From an uncultured Acidobacteriota bacterium (lineage in GTDB: Bacteria > Acidobacteriota > Blastocatellia > RBC074): DNA of 64,000 nt. Made by a program: the position numbers and the translations under genes. Shown piece by piece: positions 20,883-32,129 of this stretch; position 1 is the first letter of the stretch; each line of letters opens with the position of its first letter. Where the stretch lies: contig CAWCKY010000004.1 in assembly GCA_963796275.1 (NCBI GenBank), positions 1,504,001-1,568,000 on the forward strand, read 5' to 3'. Below the pieces are notes generated by a model. The model saw only the letters and a list, made by a program, of their open reading frames with translations. It ran no database searches and was not told where the DNA came from.

Positions 20883-22718
20883 ATGTCACTCGATCAATTC
20901 TTCAAACGAATAGATGCTCGCTACCGGATGCCCCGTCCGGCGAACGCCTTGCATCTGGATGCTTACCAGGCCGGATTCCGTCTGCTGCGCGATATCGGCG
21001 AAGGGTTGGCGCTCGTGGCTTCCGGCATCGCGACATCCTTCGTGCTGTGGAAGATCGCCGATGTGCTGCTGCGCGTTGGCGTCGAGATACACGTCTATAT
21101 GATTTTCGGCATGGCCCTCGTCGTATTCATCGGGCTGGCCGAAGCCTCCACGCTCGTGATTCCCTACTACCGCATCTCGCAGCGACTGACGCATGGCTCC
21201 GCCCGCTGGGCGGACGTGCAAACGCTTAAAGATCTGGAGCTGGCCCACGATAACCGGCTGCCGCTGCCAGCAGGCGCGCTTCGCCTGGGAAGGTTGACGC
21301 ATCGATATGACCTTGCCTTGCCCTTTGAAAAGGCGCTAACCCACCTTGCGATCTTCGGCCCTCCGGGTAGCGGTAAATCATCGAGCTTCATCATGTCGAT
21401 GGCTAAAGATTGGGCGAGGAATGGCTCGGCGATCTTCCTGGACCCCAAAGGCGAGCTTTTCAAATACACCGCGCGCCATTTCAGGCGAGTCTATCGTCTC
21501 GACCTGGCCGACCCTCGATTGTCCGACCGCTGGAACTTCGTGCCGGCCTGCAAAGGTGATGCGGAACTCTCTCACGAGATAGCGTCGATCGTCGTTGGCT
21601 TCGACTTCAACAAGCATTACAACGGCGATCCGTTCTGGCCGCAGGCCGAAACGGCGCTGATGACTTCCCTGCTCCTGCACCTGCCGCAGATAGCTCACAA
21701 TCCCAGCCCCGCGATGATCGCCGAGTTCATCGCCGCCCGCGGCTTCGACGAGATCAACCACGAGATGAAGGAGTCGCCTGACCTCGAGGCGCAGGTTCAA
21801 TGGGGAATTTTCAAGAAGGCGGATCGCGAGAAGACGCAGGGCGGCGTCTTCGTCGGCCTTGGGACGAAACTCGCGCCGCTGCGCTCGCCTCACGCGATGG
21901 CGGTGATGCAATCGGTTACCGAGGAAGAGCGCGAGCGCGGTCTCCGCGAGATCGATCTCTATCAGCTGCGCGATCCGGGAACCGGCGTCTACGTCATCAT
22001 CCCGGAAGGCGACGCGACGCGCTACCGGATCGTGCTCTCGATCCTATTCGGTCTCGCGGCCTCGATCACGCGCAAGACGAGCAATGACGAGAACGGCGCG
22101 CCGGTGCTTCTCGCGCTCGATGAGGCCGGAAATATTCCTCTCCATAATCTGAGCGAAGCCCTCGGCGTGGGCAGAGGCAGACGATGCGGCATCGTCCTGG
22201 GTTATCAGAATATCGGGCAGCTCTACAAGCAACATGGCCGCGACGGCGCGCAGGCGATCCTCGGCTCGATCGGCACGATGGTCTTCCTGCCGGGGCTGGA
22301 TGCCGAGACAGCCCAGTACGCAGCAAAGAGGATCGGGCGCACAACCGTCTTTCAACACTCGGTCGTCGACGCGACGGGCGACGTTTACGACCACGACCGT
22401 TTGTCCGAGACAGGGCGCGATCTGCTCGATGCGGCGGAACTGCGGCAGATGGCGGAGCACACGCAGGCGGTGGCGATCATCGGAAGCGCGCCGCCGGTCA
22501 GGTTCGGCTTTCCGCATTGCGCCAAGGGCGGTCCACTCGCTCACCCGTTGCCGCGCGAGATAGCGCAGCCGGTATCTCTCGCAGACGCCGAAGCCGCATT
22601 CACAACGACGCGCAAAACGGATGAGGTAAAAACCCCTCGGGATAAGCCCACACCCACACCAAACGTTATCCCTCCCGAACCCTACTTCGATCGCGATCAT
22701 GGGCGATCAGATCGATGA
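20883..22718 (+). CDS. virD4: VirD4/TraG type IV coupling protein
   Basis: Two N-terminal TMs, HGSARWA, Walker A GPPGSGKS, DPKGEL, LDEAGN, QNIGQL. Confidence 0.93.
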   Translation: MSLDQFFKRIDARYRMPRPANALHLDAYQAGFRLLRDIGEGLALVASGIATSFVLWKIADVLLRVGVEIHVYMIFGMALVVFIGLAEASTLVIPYYRISQRLTHGSARWADVQTLKDLELAHDNRLPLPAGALRLGRLTHRYDLALPFEKALTHLAIFGPPGSGKSSSFIMSMAKDWARNGSAIFLDPKGELFKYTARHFRRVYRLDLADPRLSDRWNFVPACKGDAELSHEIASIVVGFDFNKHYNGDPFWPQAETALMTSLLLHLPQIAHNPSPAMIAEFIAARGFDEINHEMKESPDLEAQVQWGIFKKADREKTQGGVFVGLGTKLAPLRSPHAMAVMQSVTEEERERGLREIDLYQLRDPGTGVYVIIPEGDATRYRIVLSILFGLAASITRKTSNDENGAPVLLALDEAGNIPLHNLSEALGVGRGRRCGIVLGYQNIGQLYKQHGRDGAQAILGSIGTMVFLPGLDAETAQYAAKRIGRTTVFQHSVVDATGDVYDHDRLSETGRDLLDAAELRQMAEHTQAVAIIGSAPPVRFGFPHCAKGGPLAHPLPREIAQPVSLADAEAAFTTTRKTDEVKTPRDKPTPTPNVIPPEPYFDRDHGRSDR

Positions 22719-22865
22719 AGATGAGGAGATCATCCCGCTGGATCCCATTCTCTATCCCCTCATCGAGGAGCGGCAAACAGGCTTATCGCATTCGCCCATC
22801 CCCGAGAGCGTTAGAACAGCTGACGCCGTCCTGACGCGCATCAATGGCGAGGAGGAAGCAGGGGC

Positions 22866-23393
22866 GTGAATTCCAACGGTAAAACCAGGCTGAGAATCTC
22901 ATTCGTTCTGCTCTGCTCGGCGCTTGGCGCGCTCGTCATTACACACGCCTCCGCATCCGTTATGGAAATATGGCAAGCGCGCCAGCAGACGCCGCGTCTG
23001 GCGGTTGACAGTCTGGTGAAAGCGCTCCGGACGTATCACCGGCAGACGGGAAGATTCCCTACCGACTTCCGCGAATTGGAGGTCCGCGTCTGGAAGCACA
23101 AGAACCCTCCCGACTTCGGCCCCGACGGTCGTAGCCTGTCGATCGCCAACTACCACTATATCTATCATCCGGCCGGCGTCCGCGTCTGCACGATCTGGAT
23201 CATCCCGACAGGGCCGCGTCGTGACGAGGGCGCCACCCACTTTCTGCTCCTCTATCCTGACAATCTCCGCCGCTGGAAAGGTTCTCCGCTCTCGCTCGAT
23301 GAAATCAGAACGCTGCCGCCGGTACCACAGTACCGTGAGATGGCGCTCTTCGGTATGACGGAACAGCCGCAGATCGGCCTGGCCAGGAAGTAG
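22866..23393 (+). CDS. Membrane-anchored protein with GspG/pseudopilin-like segment
   Basis: TM followed by SLVKALRTYHRQTGRFPTDFREL. Confidence 0.6.
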   Translation: MNSNGKTRLRISFVLLCSALGALVITHASASVMEIWQARQQTPRLAVDSLVKALRTYHRQTGRFPTDFRELEVRVWKHKNPPDFGPDGRSLSIANYHYIYHPAGVRVCTIWIIPTGPRRDEGATHFLLLYPDNLRRWKGSPLSLDEIRTLPPVPQYREMALFGMTEQPQIGLARK

Positions 23394-26300
23394 TGCGGGA
23401 AATTATGCGCGCCGTGGTCAAGGTCAAACCGATGGGAGGCAAGGGCGCTTCCCGCGTGGCTCGTTACATCGCGGAAAGCAAGCTCGATCCCGTTCGCGAG
23501 GGCAAACGACGCCCCTTGTTCTCGGACCGCGATGGCGATCCGGCCGGGAGCGACGACCGGACATATCGCAAAGCCGACCGGTACCTGAGCGGCGGTCGCG
23601 GTGCTCCGCTCAAGAAAAACCTCATCCATTTCTCGGTCAGCTTTCGCGAAGAAGATTTCAAGCGTCTGGGTGCAAGCGACGATGAACGCAAAGGTCGATT
23701 GCGCGATGTAACGCGCGAGGCCATGGCCGGGGTTCAAGACGATCTGAACGTGGCCGGCTGGCGATGGATCGCCGGAATTCACCTCAACACCCTTCATCCA
23801 CACATCCACATAGTCGGTCACAAAGAAGTTACCGACCGCGAGACGGCCCTGCCACGCCGCCTGGGAAAGCTTCCCAAATGGATGCTGCCCCACAAAGAGC
23901 GGGAGTCTGACACCGCGATCCAGCCGGTGGACGGCGGCATCGCCGGGCATTTCATCGCGGCGCTGAACCGGGGACAGGAGCGTGCGAGGGAGGCGGAACG
24001 AGCAAGAGAGGATATCGCTATGAGCCCCAATAAGACGAAAAAATCGATTTCTCGTAAAGCAGTAAGCGTGAGGAAGGCCGAATTCTACAGGAAGGATGAA
24101 GCGCGCAGACGCGCGAACCCTCCCTGGCTCGATCGCATGCTGGAGATCGCCTCCCGTAACCCATCGCTCGGCGGGCGAGAACTGACGCTGGACATCCTCG
24201 GGCGAGAATCGAGGCTGGAACCGAAGCACGTAGAACCGAACTCGACTGACGACAGGGTCCGAGAGGAACCGAACCCGACTGACGACATCCGCTCCGCTTT
24301 CGCCAACGGGGGTTTGGACAATTCAGACTATCGTACTCCGCGGGATCAAGCCGCGTGGTTGGGCGAATACAGCAAGAGCCTGCGTGATCTCTACGAGCGT
24401 GGCGCTGAGGTCAAAGGCGACACGCTGATCATCCCAGCTGAGGAGCATGAGGTTCCGGACGAGCGCGATCACATACGCGTCATCAGCATCTCGCACGCGT
24501 TCGAGAAGATTCGAGACCCGAAGCTCGCGATGGAATTTCATTCCCTCGCCCGCGCCATCGCCGGGGAGTCCGCCGACACGGGAACCGAGATCAAGTTCTT
24601 TAAGCAATACTACGATCTGATCGAGCTCGATGCCGAAGGTAACAGACTCGACCGCCAGGATAATAATTACGAGAAAGAGCGCATAGCGGCACTCGACCGG
24701 ACGCTTGGGGAGATGCGTTTTCTCGCCGGCGAGATGGCGAGACTGGAGACGAAAGTGAGTCTCGACATAGTCCCATCGATTATGGAGCGCTCTCACGTCT
24801 ACCGGCATATTCAGGATTACGAGCGGGCCTCTGAGTTCTATTCGCTCGCCCAGGTCATCGCCGGGCCGGATGCCGATCTGCAAAAAGAGACCCAGGTCTT
24901 CAGCTACTACTACGGCAAACTCGAGAGAGATGACGCGGGACACCTGTTGACTCCAGAGAACGAGGCCGGAAGGCTGCAAGCCATCGATCGGACGGCCGCG
25001 GAGATGCGCCACGCGATCGAGCAGAAGGCAGAGATACCCGAATATGACGGAATCGCTCATGCTGTGGTCTCCCTCGATGAAGCAGCGGAACGCGAGGACA
25101 GGCACGAAGAAGATGAAGAGCATTCATTCATCGACGATGCGATCGATTATGGAGCCGGTGATGACACGGATGATCTTGACGGACCGGAGTACGAATACAC
25201 TATCGAGGAAGCATACGGTGAGCGCGAAGCGGAGGCGGCGGCCTGGCAATTCAACACCGCCGCGCGCAAGGTCAACCTCAAGCAGCTGAGCTTTCCCGGA
25301 GGGCTGGCGCCCGCGACCAAAGAATGGTTGATCGAGTTCAAAATCCCGGAGATCGATAAGCGGATCGAGAACGGCGCCAGCCTCATCGATAAAAAAGATA
25401 AAGACGGGGCAGTGCTGGAAAAAGGCATATTGTCCGACATCAATCGACTGGTCCAGCCCGAACGCGTCGAAATGTTGCGAAGAGTATCGGAAGCGGCGGG
25501 GGTGCGTGGAGACGAAGCACTTGTTCGCGCACCTAATACCAATGATATCGCCGAAGCCAGGCGCATACTTCTCGAACTTTGTGCTCACGAGAAGAGCGAG
25601 TTGGAGCGCAGGCGCGAGTTGCGCTCGAGGCTCGATTCAAACGACGAACGTGATCCGGGAGAAGCACGGACAAGAGTAGACACGGGCAGCTCCTACGTCT
25701 TCAATGGCAATACAGCCGCCCGTCTCGGACATATCGAAAGATTTATCGATGGTGTCCAGAAAAACCAGGTCGAACCCGCCGCGGGCCGGAGATCGATCCG
25801 TCCTTCGGATTCCAGCCTCTATGTGAGCCTGTCGAGCGACGATGAAGCGCCGCGCCTGCCAGCCGGCAATATCCGCGTCTACGATGCGATAGAGAAAATG
25901 GCGACCGGGGCAAAGCTCCAATTGTCCACCTGGATCGGTAGAGACGGCCCGGCGCTCATCAACGGTTTTACGGAGAAAGAATATGATTATCGGGTGAAGA
26001 TCGCCGGGTTCCTCAGAAGCTACGTCCAGGAGCGCCTCCGCGACCCGGAAACCCGCATCGCTCACGACAACGAAGACTTCCGCATCGCCCGTAATGCGCT
26101 CGACCGTGCGCGTGATTATGGAGAACTCAACCGCACGGCTTATGCCTTCATGAGCAGGAACGAGCGTGAGGGCAGACTGCTCAGCGAACAGGAGCGCCAG
26201 CTGCTCTTCTACGGCCGCACTCCGGATCATTACAAACCGCAGATGAGAGAACTACGGCAAGCCTGGGGGTTGCCGCGAGAAGGGCGTGAACAGGCGCTGC

Positions 26301-28794
26301 GCGACGGGCGGCTGCCGCCGTCCGCGACACTCATCAAGATGACCGATGAGCTTGAATCGCGCCGCAACGTCGAGTCGGTACGCCAGTATCAGAAGTCCTT
26401 GACGACTCCTCCCGAACAGATGCGCAACCCTGGCAGACTGCCCCTGTACCAGATGCATAAAAAGCTACTGGGGCACGAACGGGATTATCTTTTCCATCTG
26501 ACCGAGGAGATGAAACGATACCTGCCGGGTAAAGAGCCTCCGGTTCGCGAAGCGGAAAAATCTCCCGATGAGGCGGCGACGGGTCGTGCGTTCGGCGAAG
26601 CCCCAAATGAGAGCAAGTCATACAAGGAATACCTGGCCTCACTCGGAGAGATCAAGCGGCGACTGCTCGAAGAAGCTGTTTCACGCTTAAATAATGATAG
26701 AGGTTCGATTAACCACGCCGAACAGGTCCGAGTTCACAATCGCGCCTGCGACCTCGCCTGGGAACGACTCACATCCGAGGAAGTCTTCTCTTCACGGCCT
26801 TCAGAGCAGGCCCTTCGTTTGAGCGATGTGATAGCAAAGCTACAGGAGGAAGCGCAACCTCGGGCCCGGCTGGCGACTCAGGTACTCGATGAGTTCAGCA
26901 AAGAGAACATCCCGTCTTACGCAAATGGCCGGGTTCCCAGGGACGCCCTGGAACAACTGGATCCGTCTCTCAAGGATCGCTATAAGCAGCTCAAAGACTA
27001 TGCAAGCAGGACACGCGAGAGCTGTATCGTGGCTTCGAGGCTATCGATGGGATACGGAAAGAGATTGAAAAAGCTCGCGCCGAAGAGCGGATGGCTGATC
27101 GGATCACTCTTGGCAATGCGATCGTCGCCGAAGCACGTTATGAATGTGCGAGACTGGACTATGAGACGGCGCGCGATCACGGCGAGACATTCCGTTTTCG
27201 TATTCGTGACGAAAGCCTGAAAGCTAACCGCAGGATATCCGCGTTCGACGTCGAACGGCGCGCGGATGCCCGAGGAACGAGGGCCGCCGGCGAACGCGGG
27301 GCCGATCGCGCGGAGGAGCGACGGGGCATCAGGCAGGAGGTCGCGGCGCTCGACCTGGTCAATCACGCGGCGACCCTGCTGGAGCACGGTACAGTTCAGA
27401 GAACCCGGGTCAACAAACTCAAGGCGGAATCCGACAGGGCCGCGTACGAGAGCCTGATGGCCCAGGATAGAGCTCAGGATGTCAGGGCGAAATATCAGGA
27501 ACGCGGGGAGCAGATTCCAGCCCCTTTCATCAAGCGAAAGACGCTGACCGAGACTCAGGAACTGACCGTCAGGCATGGGCTCGCGGGACAGACCGAAACG
27601 CTCGAACAAATACGTGTAGCGCAGTCGAAGGAATTCAATCGGCCCGCGCGTACGGAGACTGAAACGGCCCGCCTCCGGGCGCAGCTATACGTTGCCCTGA
27701 CCGACTTCCAGGTGAGAGAGGAACGTGCCTCGCGCTACGATCGAACGCGACATCTCAGGCAGTGGGAGTTCGGCGGTGAGAAATGGTCGCTGGCCGATGT
27801 CGACCGGAAAATCGAACGGCTATCCGATGATGGCAAGATATTCGGCAGATACGAGCTTCACCTTGATTCCCTTGACCGCGAATCCGCGAAAGACGAGATC
27901 GGACACCAGAAAGCGATAAGAAATGAGATCGTCGCCAGGACCACGGAGCATCAGGGCGAACTGCGCAATCAGAAAGAGAGAGCGGGCGAGCTTGTCCAGA
28001 CGCTTTCCATTGCCTATGAACGCGAATCGGAGCGTCGCGCACAAACCGGCCAGGAGATACCGAATCCGATATTCGCGCGAGACGAGCTCGAGCGCATTGC
28101 GGACAATGCCGCCACGACGCGCGACGCAGCGATGCTCAGGCAATTCTATGAGTTCGAACGAGGATTCAACAACTATGCCGCTCCGAAGGAACAAATCTCA
28201 CCGGAGCGGCAGCTTGCGCGTGCGCTCGGCCGCGAAACGATGGCGGAAGTCTTCCTTCACGAGAGCGCGGAAAGGCTCTCGAACTTCCGGGACAGGAAAG
28301 ATGTTCAGCCTCTTCTGGTCGAAATGCCAGACGGCCATCTCATCACCCGCAGGTACACGGACACACAGCCGCGGTCGCCCCTGGAGCGGATAGCCCACCC
28401 CTTGATCGAGACTCCGTCGGAGCGCGATATCCGTGAATCGGTAAGGACGGCTCTGCAACATCAGCAACACTACCTAACTGCCGACCTGGAGAAGAGTCGG
28501 GCCTACTTTGAAGCGGCGAGGGAGATCGCCGATACCCTTTCCTACGGCAGAGAAAATGGCAGTTATATAAACCCGCCTTCGCGGGAATTCTCGCCGAAAG
28601 AGGAGATGAACATCGAGGTCTTCGCCGAGCGGCTGACTGACGAGGGACAGCGGGAACATTACCTGAGCCTTGTCGACCCAGAGCGTGGTTCCGCCACATC
28701 CCGACACGATTCACATAACAATTCTGATCACCAGAGGGAGGCGGCAACGCTCTCCCCGGATATGCCTGTGCCCGGAGTGGCGCGCGGGCGCTAA
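23393..28794 (+). CDS. Very large (~1800 aa) HUH relaxase, MOBP-like; one frameshift near 27020
   Basis: N-terminal ARYIA tyrosine motif, HFSVSF, and IHLNTLHPHIH triad; ORFs 23393..27220 and 27091..28794 join; follows virD4. Confidence 0.85.
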
Positions 28795-28824
28795 ATCAAT
28801 CTCAATAAATGGAGGAGTAATTCT

Positions 28825-29097
28825 ATGAACGACAACCATTCTCAAGATCGCCAGCTTGCTGCCGAACCGGTGCAGGTATGGGTCTATCAGGACAACGTCG
28901 AGGCATTGATGAAAATCTGCGAGGAGGACGGGTTCCAGCCGGGCGAGGTGCTGCGGCACGCATTCGACGAGTGGCTGAGCAGGCTTCCCACCCTCACCGA
29001 ATTGTTCAGCGAGTCCATGCCGATATGCGATCCGGCTGAGACGACAGTTTCATCCAGTGAGAATCTCTTAGAAAGGATCCAGCGCGATGAATGGTGA
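28825..29097 (+). CDS. Ribbon-helix-helix-like small DNA-binding protein
   Basis: VQVWVY..LMKICEEDGFQPGEVLRHAFDEWL; strong RBS GGAGGAG; paralog of the next gene. Confidence 0.6.
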   Translation: MNDNHSQDRQLAAEPVQVWVYQDNVEALMKICEEDGFQPGEVLRHAFDEWLSRLPTLTELFSESMPICDPAETTVSSSENLLERIQRDEW

Positions 29098-29172
29098 ATC
29101 CCAATTGCGAGAGCGAGACCGCCGAACAAGCCCAGACAATCAAGACAAAGAGAGGAGGCGTCGGAATCTGCT

Positions 29173-29691
29173 GTGAAGAATAACACTAATGGCCGCCTGC
29201 TCGGTCAAACGTGCTCCTGTCGGCCCTACCAGGACAACTATGACGAGATTATAAAAATCTGCGAGCAGACAGGGCGCAAGCCCGCCGAAGTGCTGCGAGA
29301 TGCCATAGACGAGTGGCTGCTCATGCGCCATGGTTCCGAAACTGGCAGCGACGTCCTGCCATCAGACAACCGGCGGAGCGATCTTGGGGAGGAGATCAAG
29401 GAACTGCGTGAGGACATCAGGCGGCTCGCAGAGCGACAAGAGAAGTTGGTCAAAAGCCTCGACTATGTGCAAAGACGGGACCACGGATATCTGCTCGAAA
29501 TCTTCATGGCCGCCTATGGAGCGAGAGACCTGATATGGAGGGACATCTCAAACAGGATGCGCCATGGCAGACAGATGCCGGAATCGATTCAGGCGCAGTA
29601 CGAGGCTTTCGAGCAGGAATGGAGCGCACAGTGCGATGCGACGGCGGAGCAGGATCAAAGAGATTATCCGGAAAGGAAGACCTCATGCTGA
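29173..29691 (+). CDS. RHH-like + coiled-coil protein (relaxosome accessory candidate)
   Basis: IIKICEQTGRKPAEVLRDAIDEWL then coiled coil; probable frameshift near the 3' end. Confidence 0.6.
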   Translation: MKNNTNGRLLGQTCSCRPYQDNYDEIIKICEQTGRKPAEVLRDAIDEWLLMRHGSETGSDVLPSDNRRSDLGEEIKELREDIRRLAERQEKLVKSLDYVQRRDHGYLLEIFMAAYGARDLIWRDISNRMRHGRQMPESIQAQYEAFEQEWSAQCDATAEQDQRDYPERKTSC

Positions 29692-30474
29692 GACTTGATA
29701 TCGACCGTCCTGACGGCTCATCTGGACTCCGGAGCCGGATCGAGAGCGTCTACGATCGGATCGCGGGCAATGACGACTACCAGCGAAACGACCGTAGCCT
29801 CAAACTGATCCAATTCTGCGTAATCACAGTGAGCGCCGGTGCGACCGGATTTGTGAACGCGTTCGCTCACACGGAAAGACTCGGGTGGATCGGCGCGAAC
29901 TTACTGGCGGCCCTCATCACAGGATTCGTCGAGAAGTTCTACTTCACTCTGCGACACGGACTCGTGACTATCTACAGGTCGAGAAAGCAACGATTCGCCG
30001 CAAAACTCTGCTACCGGGCGATTCAGGCGACGATGATCCTCAATGCGACGATCCTCTGCGCCTGGGTAACTGGGATTACGCTGCCAGAGATTTTTCAAAG
30101 CTGGAATAAGCTTTCAATCGCCATACATTTTGGATTGGCCCTGATAGGAGTTTCGGCGGTGCGTGATCATGATGCGGTCACTGAGAGCCGCATCCGTGAA
30201 CTGAAGGCGGACGCCGCGCGTGAGGACATCGTCACGATCCGTAGGGCTGCCGCGGGAGACAGCCCATTTCCTATTGCTTGCGGCAAAACTCAGAGGATGG
30301 CTCGATGGAATCAATTTGGCTTTCGAACTCCTGCGCGACAAGACAGGAATCTCTGCCAACAACGTTAAACAGATCAGCTTCGGCCCAGACGGCACGTACC
30401 TGTTAGGCGGGAATGACGAGATAAACCAGGAAGGCAACCTGACTGATATCTCGGGAAAACGCCTGCGCCGGTGA
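29685..30474 (+). CDS. Multi-pass membrane hypothetical protein (frameshift ~30270)
   Basis: About four TM segments from MLRLDIDRP; ORFs 29535..30368 and 30220..30474 join. Confidence 0.6.
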
Positions 30475-31127
30475 GCGTTGAGCCAGCCCTTATGCCTGGA
30501 GCAGACCCTCAGCTTCAGGCGCCGCCACCGGCGCAAAGCAATCTGTCCGACCTGGCCGTCTCTGGAGCCACCGGATCAAATGGGCGATCAGAGGATGAGC
30601 AAGAAACCGTATATGTGCGGGGGAGCAATGAAGAACAACCGGGGGAGCATTTGGGGGAGCAGGCCTTAGAGGACACCGGTAATCCGGGGGAGCAAATGAT
30701 CGAGATCGACCGAGGGAGCAAGAACGTGAATACGGAGGAGCAATCCACACTCAAACGGGGGAGCAGTAATGAGAGGATGGGGGATTCTGCATCCGCCGGT
30801 GAAGATATGGTGGATGCGCCGGCATCGCAATGGTTGAAAACATTGTTGCCAGAAGGATCCGGTGGATGGTGGGACGTTTACCCGAAAGACAACGGTTTTG
30901 CAGTCAGGTTCCGCTGGCGCGATCAAGGGCGGCAAACGCTCACCTTTCCACAAATTAGTTACCAACATCTGCAAGAGTTGAAGCAGAGTAGCCCCGATGA
31001 AACAGGAATGAAAATAAACGAGCGAATTACAGACAGCCTTCGCAAATATTTACTCGATCCGGAAAAACGCAACAAAGCCATGCTCGTCGCTCGGAAACTT
31101 GGGATCGATCTCGATGACTCGCAATAG
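30471..31127 (+). CDS. Hypothetical protein with disordered N-half and compact C-terminal domain
   Basis: Overlapping GTGA start; last gene of the co-oriented run. Confidence 0.65.
   Translation: MSVEPALMPGADPQLQAPPPAQSNLSDLAVSGATGSNGRSEDEQETVYVRGSNEEQPGEHLGEQALEDTGNPGEQMIEIDRGSKNVNTEEQSTLKRGSSNERMGDSASAGEDMVDAPASQWLKTLLPEGSGGWWDVYPKDNGFAVRFRWRDQGRQTLTFPQISYQHLQELKQSSPDETGMKINERITDSLRKYLLDPEKRNKAMLVARKLGIDLDDSQ
30618..30765 (+). repeat. Seven copies of CGGGGGAGCA-like 10-mer inside the ORF
   Basis: Starts at 30618, 30640, 30652, 30685, 30711, 30733, 30756. Confidence 0.85.
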
Positions 31128-31173
31128 GCTACTACTTCATCAATTTATTTTTCCGCAGTAATGTCTGTAAACA

Positions 31174-31876
31174 ATGACTCTCGAACGAGATGTTTTTCGG
31201 CATCTTCGTAAACATTGTAATCATCACTGGATTCAGCAGGATAGAGACACTCGGCAGTTTCGTTGCTGTCGTCAAGGCACCATCGGATTTGTGACCAATT
31301 CGCACTGCAGCAACACTCAGGGGAGGGTCCGAAGGAACCGCTTCTACCATCAGGCGAGCGCCTCCGGCACTACCAACCGCATTGGCCAGGAGGTCGCGGA
31401 CCCCACTTATTTCACCGGCGGCTCGTGTCCATCAGGGAGGCATTGCCTCTTCAGTGACAGTTCGTTTGCGCGAGTTCCTCATCCGAGTGGGCCATCGGTA
31501 GCTACTGCACTGGGAACTATCGCGCGCCCGCCAGTTGGCTCATTTACGTGGAACGGAACGGATACTTTCACGATAACCGCTGAAGCTGCCCCGGTGGCCT
31601 CGGCAGAATCCGTGACCAAGGTGGGTCGTACTACAGGCAGGACCAGTGTCACTATTCAGCAAACCTGCGCCAACTTTAACGTGGCGGACTCGACCCTCAC
31701 TCAGCTTTGCCAGGGCCGGGCGTCATATACTAGCTCCGGCGGAGTATAGCGGTTCTCCTGTCTTCAGGATCACTCCCTTCTTACTGAACGTTACACTTAC
31801 CGGTATCCACTGGGGGAGTGGAGGAGTATTTAGTCCGATCACAAATATCCAGATGTCCGGGGAGTTGGATCGATAA
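31174..31876 (+). pseudogene. Fragment of trypsin-like (S1) serine protease
   Basis: GFVTNSHCS, SDSSFA, KVGRTTG, frameshifted SGSPVF..GIHWG; N-terminus missing. Confidence 0.7.
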
Positions 31877-32129
31877 ACACCTGTTCGGGAGGCTGTTGAT
31901 CGAATGGAGAAGACGGCACCAAGGTTAACCGTGGTTCCGGTCGTTAAATGGGCAGCGTAAACTGTCCACTTTGCGCGGCTTCTATGATGCGACCATTTTC
32001 GAAAAGCCGCGCGAACTTGGACAGTTTGCGCTACATTCTTTTTTGTGTCTTTTGTCTTTTTGTGTTTTTTGTGGTGAAATCCCCGCATTCAAAGAGCTAT
32101 AGACGGTTATCTTTTGGTTAATTGCGGAA

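Larger units (their letters stand above)
1..31127. mobile_element. Conjugative transfer region (T4SS + coupling protein + relaxase) of a plasmid or ICE, interrupted by cargo at ~5.9-14.9 kb
   Basis: VirB4 ATPase, VirD4 and HUH relaxase motifs; VirB2/3/5/6/8/9/10-like ORFs in the expected order; continues off the left edge. Confidence 0.9.

Noticed and set aside
30618-30765. CRISPR array
   Set aside because: Repeats are 10 bp with irregular short spacers; no cas genes; no CRISPR-like array seen elsewhere
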